Positions 51,878-64,000 of a DNA stretch of 64,000 nt are shown in pieces. The position numbers were made by a program, and so were the translations under genes. The notes beneath the pieces were generated by a model that saw only the letters and a list, made by a program, of their open reading frames with translations, did no database searches and was not told the origin of the DNA. This DNA is from Octopus vulgaris (taxonomy: Eukaryota), in assembly GCA_951406725.2 (NCBI GenBank), contig OX597826.1, positions 33,418,001 to 33,482,000 of the forward strand, given 5' to 3'. Every line of letters begins with the position of its first letter. Positions within the stretch are counted from its first letter, which is position 1.

Positions 51878-52503
51878 AACTATCACTGTCATCAACATCA
51901 GCATTGCCGTTGTCATCATCATCATCATTGTAATCATCATCACTACCATCATCATCATTGTTGTTATTGTCATCATAATCATCATCATCATCATCACCAT
52001 TGTCATCATCATTTTGATAGCTACTTTTCCGTGCTTGCACGTGCATCAGATGGAATACATAGAGACAGATTGTCTCTGGCTGGATGCCCTTGCTGTCACC
52101 AACCCTCACTTCATAATATTTCTTCATAATCAGAACAAACCTCATTTGTATGGCATTGGTGCTCATTTACAACCATGACATGATGTCAAGCCAAGAGTAC
52201 TCACAAGCACACATATACATATATGACAGGCTTCATTCAGTTTCCATCTATCTACCAATTACATTAACAAAGTTGTGAATAGCCCAGGGCTATAGAAGAA
52301 AACACTTTGTGACTGGTGTCCTGTTTGTGTGTCAGCCTTGGAGGAAATAAGAGAAATCAAGGTCAGCATCATCATCATCATCATTATCCTTACCACCATC
52401 ATTGCCATCACCACCACCACATGACAACCACCACCACCACCACCTTCACCATCACCACCACCATCATCGTCATCATCATCATTGTCATTATGATTATTGT
52501 TAT

Positions 52504-52722
52504 TAAGGTGGCAAGCTGGGAGAATCGTTGGCATACCAGGCAAAATTCTTAGCAGCACTTTGGCCATCTGACATTCTGAGTTCAAATTCCACTGAGGTTT
52601 GATTTTGCTTTTCATCCTTTTTTGGGGTTGATAAATTAAATACCAGTGAAATACTGGAGTCGATGTAATTGACTAGTCTCCTCCCCCAAAATTTCAGGCC
52701 TTGTGCCTATAGTAGAAAGGAT
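52504..52722 (+). mobile_element. SINE family B
   Basis: aaggtggcaagctgg head through gtgcctatagtagaaaggatt tail. Confidence 0.8.
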
Positions 52723-52724
52723 TA

Positions 52725-52755
<31 letters not shown>

Positions 52756-52759
<4 letters not shown>

Positions 52760-53312
52760 TAGTTTTATTTTTATATCGTGCTTTCACTTCACTACTGAGC
52801 GTAGCTCTGTGTGCCTAGGGTATGTGTCGTGATTTGTTGCGGTGCTCTGATGGTTATTGTATGGAAAGTGTTCTGCGTAGGATGTGTGCAGTGCCTAGTA
52901 GTGCAATTTTCTGCATGCTATATGTGTTTGTAAGTCCTGGTGTTTTTGTTATGTATTTGTCTGAATATTTTTTTATCATACCTAATGCGCCTACTATGAT
53001 AGGGATTGCTTCTGTTTTTAGATTCCACATTCTGGTTACCTCTATTTCCAGGTCTTTGTATTTTGAAAGTTTCTCCATTTCTTTTAGAGACACCTACTGG
53101 TATTGATACATCAATTAGAAAGCATTTTTCCTTCATGATCTCTGACAACTATGTCTGGCCTGTTGGCCTTAATTTCTCTATCTGTGTGTATTAGCATATC
53201 CCAGAGTATGGTTGCTTTCTCGTTTTCTGTGACCTTTTCTGGTGTGTGCTTATACCATCTTTTTTTTGTTTTTATTCTGTTATTCCATAATGTTGGTATA
53301 GCTTCCAGTGTA

Positions 53313-53315
<3 letters not shown>
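52756..53315 (-). mobile_element. 5'-truncated R4/Dong-like element in (ATT)n
   Basis: EKLSKYKDLEIEVTRMWNLKTEAIPIIVGALG...LLGTAHILRRTLSIQ, nearly identical to 27048-27272. Confidence 0.92.
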
Positions 53316-53390
<75 letters not shown>

Positions 53391-53899
53391 CAGGGTGGTG
53401 AGATAGCAAAACACATCAGACAAAATGCTTACTTGCATTTCATCCATCCTTATGTTCTGAGTTCAAATTCTTCTGCGGTTGACTTGGGGTGGGGGTGGGG
53501 GTCGATGAAAAAAAAGTACCAGTTAAGCACTGTGGTCAATCTGACCGACGTTCCATTTCCCAAAACACACACACCGAAATTGCTCAATATTATAATCCGA
53601 TAGCATCAGGCAAAGTTCTACTTCTTTACCTAAGCTGTATGCAGCATTATGCATTTTTATTTTTGTTGGTGCTTGGGGAGTACAGACTCTTCCTCTTACC
53701 ATATTGCATCAGTGTGTTTTCCCATGGATTTTGCCTTGAGTCTTTTCTTATAATTAGCCTTTGTATTATGTGTTGTCTGTGTAATGCATGGTGTGCTCTT
53801 CTGTTAGGTATCCAACCTGTAGAATACCTGTTGTGGCTGTTGTTTATTTCATTGGATATTTTCTGTATGGTGTGTTTCTTGTGACTGTGGATTGCTTTG

Positions 53900-54185
53900 T
53901 TACGTTATGCTATTGAAATGATCGCGTATCACATAGAATGTGGGCTGTTACTAGTAAAGCTACTTTTGGATAGTGTGTCCCAGGATGCTATCTATATTTT
54001 TGTTCATACATTTTTTTATCATATCCAGTGCTCCAATTATTACTGGTAATGTTTTTACCTTCATGCTCCATATCTTCAATATTTCAGTTTCAAGACCTTT
54101 ATATTTTAACTGTTTTTCCACTTTCTCTTTTGGGCAATATTTTGCTCAGAAGGGACTGCACTGTTTATCAGTAAGCACAACTTGT
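53900..54185 (-). mobile_element. RLE-domain fragment of another R4/Dong-like lineage
   Basis: KYKGLETEILKIWSMKVKTLPVIIGALDMIKK...LLVTAHIL; the 5' end abuts AAC/AAT. Confidence 0.7.
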
Positions 54186-54203
54186 TGTTATTGTTGTTGT
54201 TGT

Positions 54204-54236
<33 letters not shown>

Positions 54237-54284
54237 TATTATTTTTATTATTACTTTTAACTTTTAATCTGCATGCTTGTTACA

Positions 54285-54631
<347 letters not shown>

Positions 54632-54774
54632 CTGTGGATCACACTAGGCATTGAGAAATTGAGAGTTGAGAAAAACAATTTACAGTTGATAAAATTTTAA
54701 ATTTAATCAAATTAGATTTTGTTTTATTTGTTAAAATTCCCCATCAAGGGTCTTATATGCCTGATAAAGAAATT

Positions 54775-54921
54775 TTTATTACTATTATTATTGTTGTTGT
54801 TGATGTTGTTACTATTATTACTTTTATCATCATCATTATGATTGCTGCAGTTAGTATTACTACAGTTCATCTTCCTCTTCTTTTACTTATTCTCTTTCTT
54901 GTTAGTGTCGATATTCTTCTT

Positions 54922-55016
<95 letters not shown>

Positions 55017-55029
55017 CATTATTATTATG

Positions 55030-55091
<62 letters not shown>

Positions 55092-55092
55092 C

Positions 55093-55124
<32 letters not shown>

Positions 55125-55127
55125 TAC

Positions 55128-55168
<41 letters not shown>

Positions 55169-55186
55169 TTATTACTATTATTATTA

Positions 55187-55217
<31 letters not shown>

Positions 55218-55254
55218 CATCATTATCATTATTATTATTATTATTAGTACTATT

Positions 55255-55328
<74 letters not shown>

Positions 55329-55562
55329 CATCATTGCAGTTGTTGCTGTTAGTTTTTTACCAACACCATTATTATTGATGTTATCATCATAATCGTTATT
55401 ATTGTTACTGCTAGAATTCTTCTCCTTCTTCTTCTTCTTCTTCTTCTTCTTCTTCTTCTTCTCCTTCTCCGCCTCCTCCTCCCCTCCTCCTCCTCCTCCT
55501 CCTCCTTTTTCTTATTATTATTAATATTTTTATTATTATTATTATCGTTATTATTGTTATTA

Positions 55563-55602
<40 letters not shown>

Positions 55603-55613
55603 CATTATTATTA

Positions 55614-55686
<73 letters not shown>

Positions 55687-55835
55687 AATCATCATCATAA
55701 TTATCGTCATCGATATTATCATCATCATCATCATCATCATCTTCGTTATTACTATCATTATCAATGTCATCATTATTATTATTGTTGTTGTTGTTGTTAT
55801 TGTTGGTATCACTGTTATTGTTGTTATCGTTTCTG
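54775..55835. repeat. ~1-kb trinucleotide block (ATT/CTT/CCT/ATC/GTT)
   Basis: Directly visible. Confidence 0.92.
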
Positions 55836-56771
55836 TTGTAAAAATATTCATTGTCAATAACCGATGCATTTCAATATGAGTAGAGTCTATCAAAAAAATA
55901 TAGGAGATATTTAGATCGTCGAAACTCTTATGGGTCAGTGAAAATATTAATAAGACAGCATTACATAATGGTGAGCAGGAGGTCACCAGAGACATAGCTG
56001 CCTTTAAAATACAGGCCTAATAACCATGAATATTGTCAGAAAGGTAATGTTGTCTTTCTAATTAAAAATTACCATATCTGGGCAAGATTACACCAAGGGC
56101 GTCTTAAGAATTTCCAATAGATTATCTCAAACATAGTGTATTTATTCCAAGAACTGTACAATTCTTCAATGGCTGTCTTTTCAAGCTTCTTGAAGTAATT
56201 CCACTATTTTTGTTCTCAAGCAACGGAAAACAATTGAGCAGCACAATAGCTGGGAGGCAACAATTGAATTTGAATTCTAAAGAGAAAACAAAGGAAGAAG
56301 AAGATGAAGAAAGAGGAAAAGGAAGAAGAAAAAATTAGAGAAAAGAAAGGAAGAAAGGCACTGTTTGAAAATGTAGAACTCAGTAGAATTTTCCAAACTT
56401 TAAAACATGTTTTATTCATAAAGAAATGAATGATTTTATTATGAGGTGTCTTAAGTGCTACACCCCCTACCACCACCACCACCACATGCTGTTAAATATC
56501 ACAAGTCCACCTTGAACCATTTTCTGGAAGTAAATTGTTATAAAGACCTCATAGATCCCCACATTTATAAGATAGTTCTGTAATTTCTTATTAATAACGA
56601 GGATTAAATCTATAGCTTTCAGGAAACAGTTTTATGCCTTGACCATTCTCTATATTCACTTCTACATATATTAAACATTAATCGCCAGTCTTCAGTTCAA
56701 ACCGTCCAACCCATGCCAACATGGAAACTGGGTGTTAAACGATGATGATGATGATGAAGATGATGATGTTG

Positions 56772-56843
<72 letters not shown>

Positions 56844-57567
56844 AATTGTATGGGGTTAATCTATATTTTTGTTATTTTTCATTTGTCCTTACGTTCTTAG
56901 TGTACTAAAATTTTTTCTTGAGAACAATTCTTAGTGGTTGAGTCCCTTTGCGGATCTATATCTAGTGTAAGAGCGTCCACATAGTGGATTCTCTCTCATA
57001 TTTGCATATATATATAGAGAGTAGATGAAACCATGGCAACTGAAGAAGGGGAATTTTCTTTGTGTTATTTGTCCTGTACTCTATTTTTTTGTTGTTTAAG
57101 AAAAATGTCCAGTTCCTTGGTTTTGTGTTTATGTTTTTGTTTCTCATTGTGTTCGACGTCTTTTTGGTGTCCTGTACCCATATATGCGTGTATATATATA
57201 CATGAAGAGGTAGGTACGTACATATATGTATATATGCATATGTTTTATTTATTAATTTATGTATATATATATATATATTAATACACACCAAACTCTACAG
57301 ATCTTTTAACTGAAACTCTTAACTGCTCTTGATTTCAGTACAAAAAATTTTTCTCAGTCCTCTTTTTCTCACACTTCCTTCCATATGTATCCCACATGGG
57401 TTTTATTTACATGTATTTTTTGCATATTTATATTTTATAAATATATTTTAAAATATTCATATTTGTCGATATGTATTAATATATGTACATGCATTTTAAG
57501 TCGAATTTATAAATGTATGAGTATGATTGCCTAATTTGAATTTATATCTTAATTTTTATATAAATAC

Positions 57568-57602
<35 letters not shown>

Positions 57603-58819
57603 TGTCATGCAATTGTGCATATTATCATCAATGATTTTATATCTGTTTATCCATGCTTACAGTGTTGGATGAGAAATGGAATGGTCACAGATGGAATTTT
57701 TCTGGTCATACATTTGATTTAGGTTGTCTTGGAGCTAAATACTCGTAGCAGAAACAGCAACAATATACTTGAATCAAAGAAGGATTGTTTTGATGACTTT
57801 TTACTGTCTCTGTTTAATGTGTCTGTAACCTGGAATAGGAATTAGCGCTACCATATTGACTTACCCTGTATGATGCTGCAGAGATGCTGTACTCTAACAA
57901 GCAAATTTTTTTAAAATACTGAAAATATTTCTTTAATTAAAATATAATTTTCAGATTCTGAATCATTAGTTTTCAAAACAAAAACACAATCCCCCTCCCC
58001 TCAAAAAAAGCTAAATGCCATTTTAGGCCAAATAAAGATTAGATGTTTGTTTAAAAATATCCATGGTTGAGCAAGTAAGTGCTGACTTCTTCATGCACAT
58101 GGAATCCATTCAATAGGAATTGTATAATTTACTCATGTTCTATCTTCATTATTTTACCAGTTCCACAGAATTTTACCTGCTGCAATGCCACTGGTATTAA
58201 ACAAAGAAATAAAAATATTACCAGAATATTTAACTAATTCTTTCTATAAACCTCTCGACTAATTTTGAGTGGCTTATGCTATGAAGAGTAACTAATGATA
58301 AGGGGAGAGAGAGAGAGAGAAAGAGAGAGAGACACACAGACAGATAGTGAGAGAGATATATAGATAGATAGAGAGGGAGAGAGAGAGAAATAAATGTTGA
58401 TTTAAAATTGTACATGTAAAGCATGAGAAACAGAATTTGGTAAACCTGCTCCAACCCCAACTTCGATCGCAGCAACAATAAATTAAAAAAACAAAACACT
58501 GCAGAAACCATGTTGCAAAAACACAGCAAAAGCCCAAAAACTTGTGGTGTACTGTCATAAATTTGTCTTTGTTGAACACTTCATTGAGTAAATCAACAAT
58601 TTTAGTCATAATAACACTGTTTTTATTTGCTTCCAGTTTTGTATTCTGTAGATTTATAGAAATATTTCATGGCAATTTCTGAGAGCATTTGCAGAGACCG
58701 ATTGACATAAAACTATTTTAGAAGCATATTGGTAAGAACTGTTACCTCCTCTGCTTTTGCTGCATAAAATATGGCCAATATTCAACACACCTTGCAAAGA
58801 TATTTGTTTTGTTTTTTTT

Positions 58820-59056
58820 ATTTTTTATCTTTTACTGGTTTCAGTTATTAGACAGTGGCCATGCTGGAGCACTGCCTTAAAGACTTTTTAGTTGAATGAA
58901 TTGACCCAGTTTAGTTTTTTAAAGTCTGATATTTATTCTATTGATCTCTTATGCCAAACTGCTAAGTTATGGAGATGTAAATACCCCAACACTGGTTTCA
59001 AGTAGTGGTGGGGGACAAGCATAAACATACACACATAGACACAGACACACATAGGT

Positions 59057-59090
<34 letters not shown>
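58820..59090 (-). mobile_element. SINE family A, 3' half
   Basis: gtttcagttattagacagtggccatgctggagcac...gctaagttatggagatgtaa. Confidence 0.7.
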
Positions 59091-60402
59091 TAAAGTGACT
59101 TCTTCATTGGCTCATGATTTTTGTTTATATGGAAAGCAGGTGCTTTGAGAAACTGGAGCTTATTAGTTGCTTTCTCGTGTGAATTTTCATTTAATTTCAC
59201 ATCATATATATATATTGTTTATAGCAGCCTTGAAAAATATATGCAAATGTCACACTATCTCATTGCTTCTCCTCAATACATCTAGAAGAAACCTTGTGCT
59301 TATTTGTGAAATCAATATATCCTTTCTACATTGCTTGTGATTAGTTCTAGATGAACCATAGATAACTTTATCTGAAAATTACAAAAATGCAACTACAAAA
59401 ACCAAAACACAAACTACAATAAAAAAAACTGTATACAAAAATGTGCTTTCTTTATCTTGACACATATTTTCATATTTCCATATTGTTACCAAAATACAGG
59501 AATCTGCCAACACCCTAACCCGACACAAGCTTCTCATTCACTGCACTACCTTCCATATTGCTATGCCACATCATTTTAAAGCCATTCTATCATTATTTGT
59601 TTATCTCACCTGCCGCATTTCAAAGAGACCATTATCATCTTTGTTGTTTTTTTTTTCACCTGTTTCACCTGAGTTCTCAGTGCGGTGCCTTTATATCAGT
59701 TAATTGCTATGCTGTTTATCTTACTCCACAGCAACATTTTGTTACCATTTGTTACCATTCTATACTAGCATAGAATTATATGTTTTTGGCATTGTTTTGT
59801 TTTATTTTTTTTTCTGTTACTGAGAGGTCATTATCTGATCAAACCGAAGACTATTTAGGTGTTATGTTCCTAATTCTGTTTACGTTTTCAATAACAGATA
59901 TAATAAACAGTGATAATACTTTTACACTGTAAGTTAAGCAGTGTGACATATGTTTCTATTTGTATTTTTATTTTTATGTCTGAAATACTTATAATTATCT
60001 GCTATTAATAGATATATTTGGAAGGTGCCATGAACCATTCCTGCTAACTACAATAATTCACTTATTGCAATACAATTAACCTAATTTTTCAGACTTCCCT
60101 TTGCAGGAACATTGCTTTATCTGTTTGCTTGTTTGTTTGTATTTACGTCTGTTTTCCCATGCCAGCATGGGTTAGATCAATTTTGCATTGAAGTATTGAC
60201 TTACAGTTGGATGCCTTTATAACAGAAGACCTTATCAGTATTTTTTTGTAAGGGATCTCTTATATTACTGGGTTTTGAAGGCATGAAGCAAATAAATAAG
60301 TTATTGACAGATGTATCAACAATAATACTGCTTGAGTGACTTCCAAATAAATAAGCGATGAAGTAAATAAACACACACTTGCACACATGTGCATGCACAT
60401 AC

Positions 60403-60592
60403 ATGGATGGCGCTTCCATGAGAGATTTTGAGCTCTCATAAGGAGGTGAGTGTAGGTTCCATTCAACTGCCTCTCAAGCTTCTTTGATAACGTCCAGGTT
60501 TCTGAGCCATATAGTAGAATTGGTTCGACTGTGGCTTTGAAGATTTCAAGTTTGAATTCTCTACTTAGATTTGATGACCAGATCTTATGCAT
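60403..60592 (-). pseudogene. RTE-type LINE RT C-terminal fragment
   Basis: KIWSSNLSREFKLEIFKATVEPILLYGSETWTLSKKLERQLNGTYTHLLMRAQNLSWKRHP (LLYGSETW motif). Confidence 0.85.
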
Positions 60593-60737
60593 GTCATTAC
60601 ACCATGATCAACACCATGATCACTACGATCATGATCATCATTGCTATCGTTGCCATCACCATCATCATCATCAACACCACCATCCATATCACCACCACCA
60701 CCACCAACAACAACAACAATCCCACCACCATCACCAC

Positions 60738-60779
<42 letters not shown>

Positions 60780-61927
60780 CTTCATCATTGTTCTACATCT
60801 GTTTTCCATGTGACCTAAGTAGGACTATTAGACAGGATTCAATGTTTCAGAGGACTATAACTTTCTCTAGAGGCTAAGTTTACACTCACACTCACACATA
60901 CACATACACACACACGCACACACACATACAGAGTAGGCTCTTCTTTTCACTTCTTTCTGTCAACTAAATCCACCCTCTAACAAGAAGGTTGTAGGGATCA
61001 AAGATTGAGAGGAAACACTTGACCAAGGTTCTGTTCAGTGGGAATGAACCCAAAACTATGTGGCAGGAAAGTGGACTTCTAAGCCTCACAGCCATACCTG
61101 TGCCTATTGTTAAAATATACATTTTAGGTAGGAAGCAGAATTCCCCCAAAATTATAGCTAATTTAATATGATTCCATTCTGAAAGTCTTCTCAAAGTATT
61201 GGTGCCTCTCCATTGGAATATCCATTCTTTTGCTTTTTATACTGAAGCAAAGAAAACTAAACCCTGTTTTTATTCTTTAAGGCATTATCAGAAGTAGTCA
61301 GGGAGAGAAAGGTAGTACATAAGACCCTTTATACCTACCCATTCCCCTCCTCCTCCCTTTGTGTCTGCATCTTTGGCAGATGGAAAATGAGTGACAAAGA
61401 TGAAGATAGAGCTCAGACATCAAGGACTAAACAAGGAAAGTCTTGGAGAAGTGTACAACTGTGGCACAAGACAACAGTGTCTGTGGAAGAATAGTTGTTA
61501 TGTCTGGGGCCTGTAGCCTTAGCCATGATATGCATATTCACTCATTCATTGCTACAATAGTCATGAATATTTGAATCAGAGTTTCAATATTTGAAAGCTA
61601 TACAGTTTCACCCTTTTGATACCAAACTGCTCAAGATGGTCTTTGGTTTCATGGTACAGATTTCAAAGTGATCTATGTTAAAACATCCCATCAAAATTTC
61701 ATACTAATTTATATTTCAAACAGCTGTTTAATAATCCTTTGTGATAAAAGCAGAAGGCTGAAAGTTTGGAGGAAGCGGTAGTTGATAGCATTGACCCTTG
61801 TACATGGCTGGTACTCATATTACATAATCTTTGTAGCATTTGAACCCAAGATGAAAACATCCAGAAGAAATGCCACTGAGCATTGTGTCTGCTGCTTTAC
61901 CAATTCTGCTTGTTCACTACCTTACAT

Positions 61928-62340
61928 CTCTTTCTCTCTTTTACTCTTTTACTTGTTTCAGTCATTTGACTGCGGCCATGCTGGAGCACCGCCTTTAGTC
62001 GAGCAAATCAACCCCGGGACTTATTCTTTGTAAGCCCAGTACTTATTCTATCGGTCACTTTCGCTGAACCGCTAAGTGACGGGGACGTAAACACACCAGC
62101 ATCGGTTGTCAAGCAATGCTAGGGAGACAAACACAGATACACAAACACACACACACATACATATATATATATACATATATGCGACAGGCTTCTTTCAGTT
62201 TCCGTCTACCAAATCCACTCACAAGGCATTGGTCGGCCCGGGGCTATAGCAGAAGACACTTGCCCAAGGTGCCACGCAGTGGGACTGAACCCGGAACCAT
62301 GTGGTTGGTTAGCAAGCTACTTACCACACAGCCACTCCTG
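61928..62340 (-). mobile_element. Young, intact SINE family A reference copy
   Basis: Head caggagtggctgtgtggtaagtagcttgct...ccgggttcagtccc (A and B boxes), central TA/TG tract, gtaaaaga tail; CpGs intact. Confidence 0.9.
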
Positions 62341-62988
62341 TGCCACTCCTGCACCATCGGAAACATCAGTCACATAATGACAAATTTATTTTACAATATT
62401 CTTCATTATGTTTGAAATTAATTGAAAGTAAAACAGCATATTTCAACAACAATATTGTCACAAAAGAGTTAATGTGATACATTAGGGACAAAAACAAACA
62501 AAAAAAATCTCCCCAAAAATGCATATTTGAGAAATTTAACATTAAAAATATTTAATTAATACAGTTTTAGATCTGTATAAATACGGATTATTCAGCTTTT
62601 GTTATGAAGCATAAAAAAGAATAATTTTCTCATTATCTTTATACAAAGTCTAATTAAAACTTCAAAATTCCATATAGAATATTTTATAGAGTGACAATAT
62701 TTTGTTATGCTGCTGTTTTTAATTTAGTTTGGTGAAAAATAACAAGGATTTTTTTATTCTCAATTTAATTTTTTTTATGCTAAATAAATTTTTATCTTTT
62801 TTATGTCTGTCATTGGAGAATATCACTAGAAGTATTTGTCTGAGTAGAAGAAATAGCTTATGATACATACACACACACATATACATACACATACATACAT
62901 ACATACACATACATATATACATATATATATACTTACATATATATACACACACACATATCATACACATAAATCTATCTGTCTATCTATC

Positions 62989-63185
<197 letters not shown>

Positions 63186-63510
63186 TATATATGTATATAT
63201 ACGTGTGTGTGTGTAGAATATATATATATATATATTTTTTTATGCTTTAAATTCAAACTACACATTGTTTAGAAGTGTGAAAATATTGACAGAAAAAGCA
63301 AAATAATTTCTTTTAATTGTTCATATTACAAGTTGCTGAAAGATGGCTGACGATAAAACTTGAGGTTTAAATAATTCACACCGGGCAATAACATATGTAT
63401 TACAGAAATATACTTAAAGTGTTGGTTGACGTTTTTGTTACAGCAGCTGCTAAAACTGGTGTTTTACTGTTTACATTACCTTATATGTGTATATATATGT
63501 TTATAACAAC

Positions 63511-63838
63511 GAGGGCATGTGGCTTTGTGGTTAAGGGTGTTCAGTTCAAAGCTTAGCAATCATGAGTTCGATTCCCAGGTGCATGTTGTGCCCTGGAGAA
63601 AGATATTTTATGTTATGCTGCTTCAGTTCACTCAGCTGGCAAAAATAAATTGTACCTGTAATTCAGAAGGGGGCCAGCCTTGTCACATTCTGTGTTATGC
63701 TGAATCATCACCCTAGGGAAATACGTGAAGGGTATGTGTGTCTGTGGAGTACTCAGCCACAAGCATGTTAATTCCATGTGTAGGGTGTTTGGTTGCTCAG
63801 CTCAACTGGAGCCCTTGTCATTGTAACTGACGGACTGA
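63511..63838 (+). mobile_element. Old tRNA-derived SINE, a further family
   Basis: TGGCTTTGTGG A-box and GAGTTCGATTCCC B-box; the 3' part resembles 4728-4836. Confidence 0.65.
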
Positions 63839-63844
63839 TTGTGA

Positions 63845-63990
63845 GATAAGAAGCTTGCTACCCATTCACATGGTTCTAGGTTCAGTCCCATTGCGTGGCA
63901 CTTTAGGCAAATATCCCCTACTGTAGCCTCGGGCCGACCAAAACCTTGTGAGTTGATTTGGGAGACAGAAACTGAAAGAAGTCCATCGTA
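63845..63990 (+). mobile_element. SINE family A head, truncated by the window end
   Basis: aagaagcttgct...ggttcagtccca...gaaactgaaagaagtccatcg. Confidence 0.75.
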
Positions 63991-64000
63991 TATATATATT

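Noticed and set aside
58651-58730. Plus-strand AG...GTAAGA-bounded 80-nt segment
   Set aside because: Stops in all three frames and no other support
61380-61495. Pyrimidine tract plus AG followed by a short open frame
   Set aside because: Only ~38 codons, no recognisable protein and no clear donor
62270-62340. tRNA-like sequence with A and B boxes
   Set aside because: It is the head of a SINE; there is no complete cloverleaf and it continues into the SINE body

Overview
AT-rich, microsatellite-saturated eukaryotic DNA. The repeat families resemble those of coleoid cephalopods (Octopus); this is an inference, not a database match. No host protein-coding gene is supported, and almost all listed ORFs are translations of (TA)n, (CA)n, (AAT)n or (GAT)n tracts. 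The window is a transposon graveyard. It holds three abundant SINE-like families (called A, B and C here), about ten remnants of R4/Dong-like non-LTR retrotransposons with a restriction-like endonuclease (RLE), most of them abutting (AAT)n arrays, and RTE LINE fragments. It also holds a full-length decayed mariner (40670-41960), a mariner-derived fold-back MITE, and DD37D-like and DD41D-like remnants. A Penelope-like element (RT + GIY-YIG) is arranged as a 3.6-kb tails-out inverted duplication (27412-31008). The most novel signal is a set of non-coding, (TA)n-associated elements carrying hammerhead-ribozyme (HHR) motifs. The best example is a 1.13-kb fold-back (48956-50085) with one complete type I hammerhead core per arm and an unusually long stem II insert. 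These may be a non-autonomous Penelope/retrozyme-like system. Boundaries were read by eye and are approximate unless a TSD or TIR is quoted.
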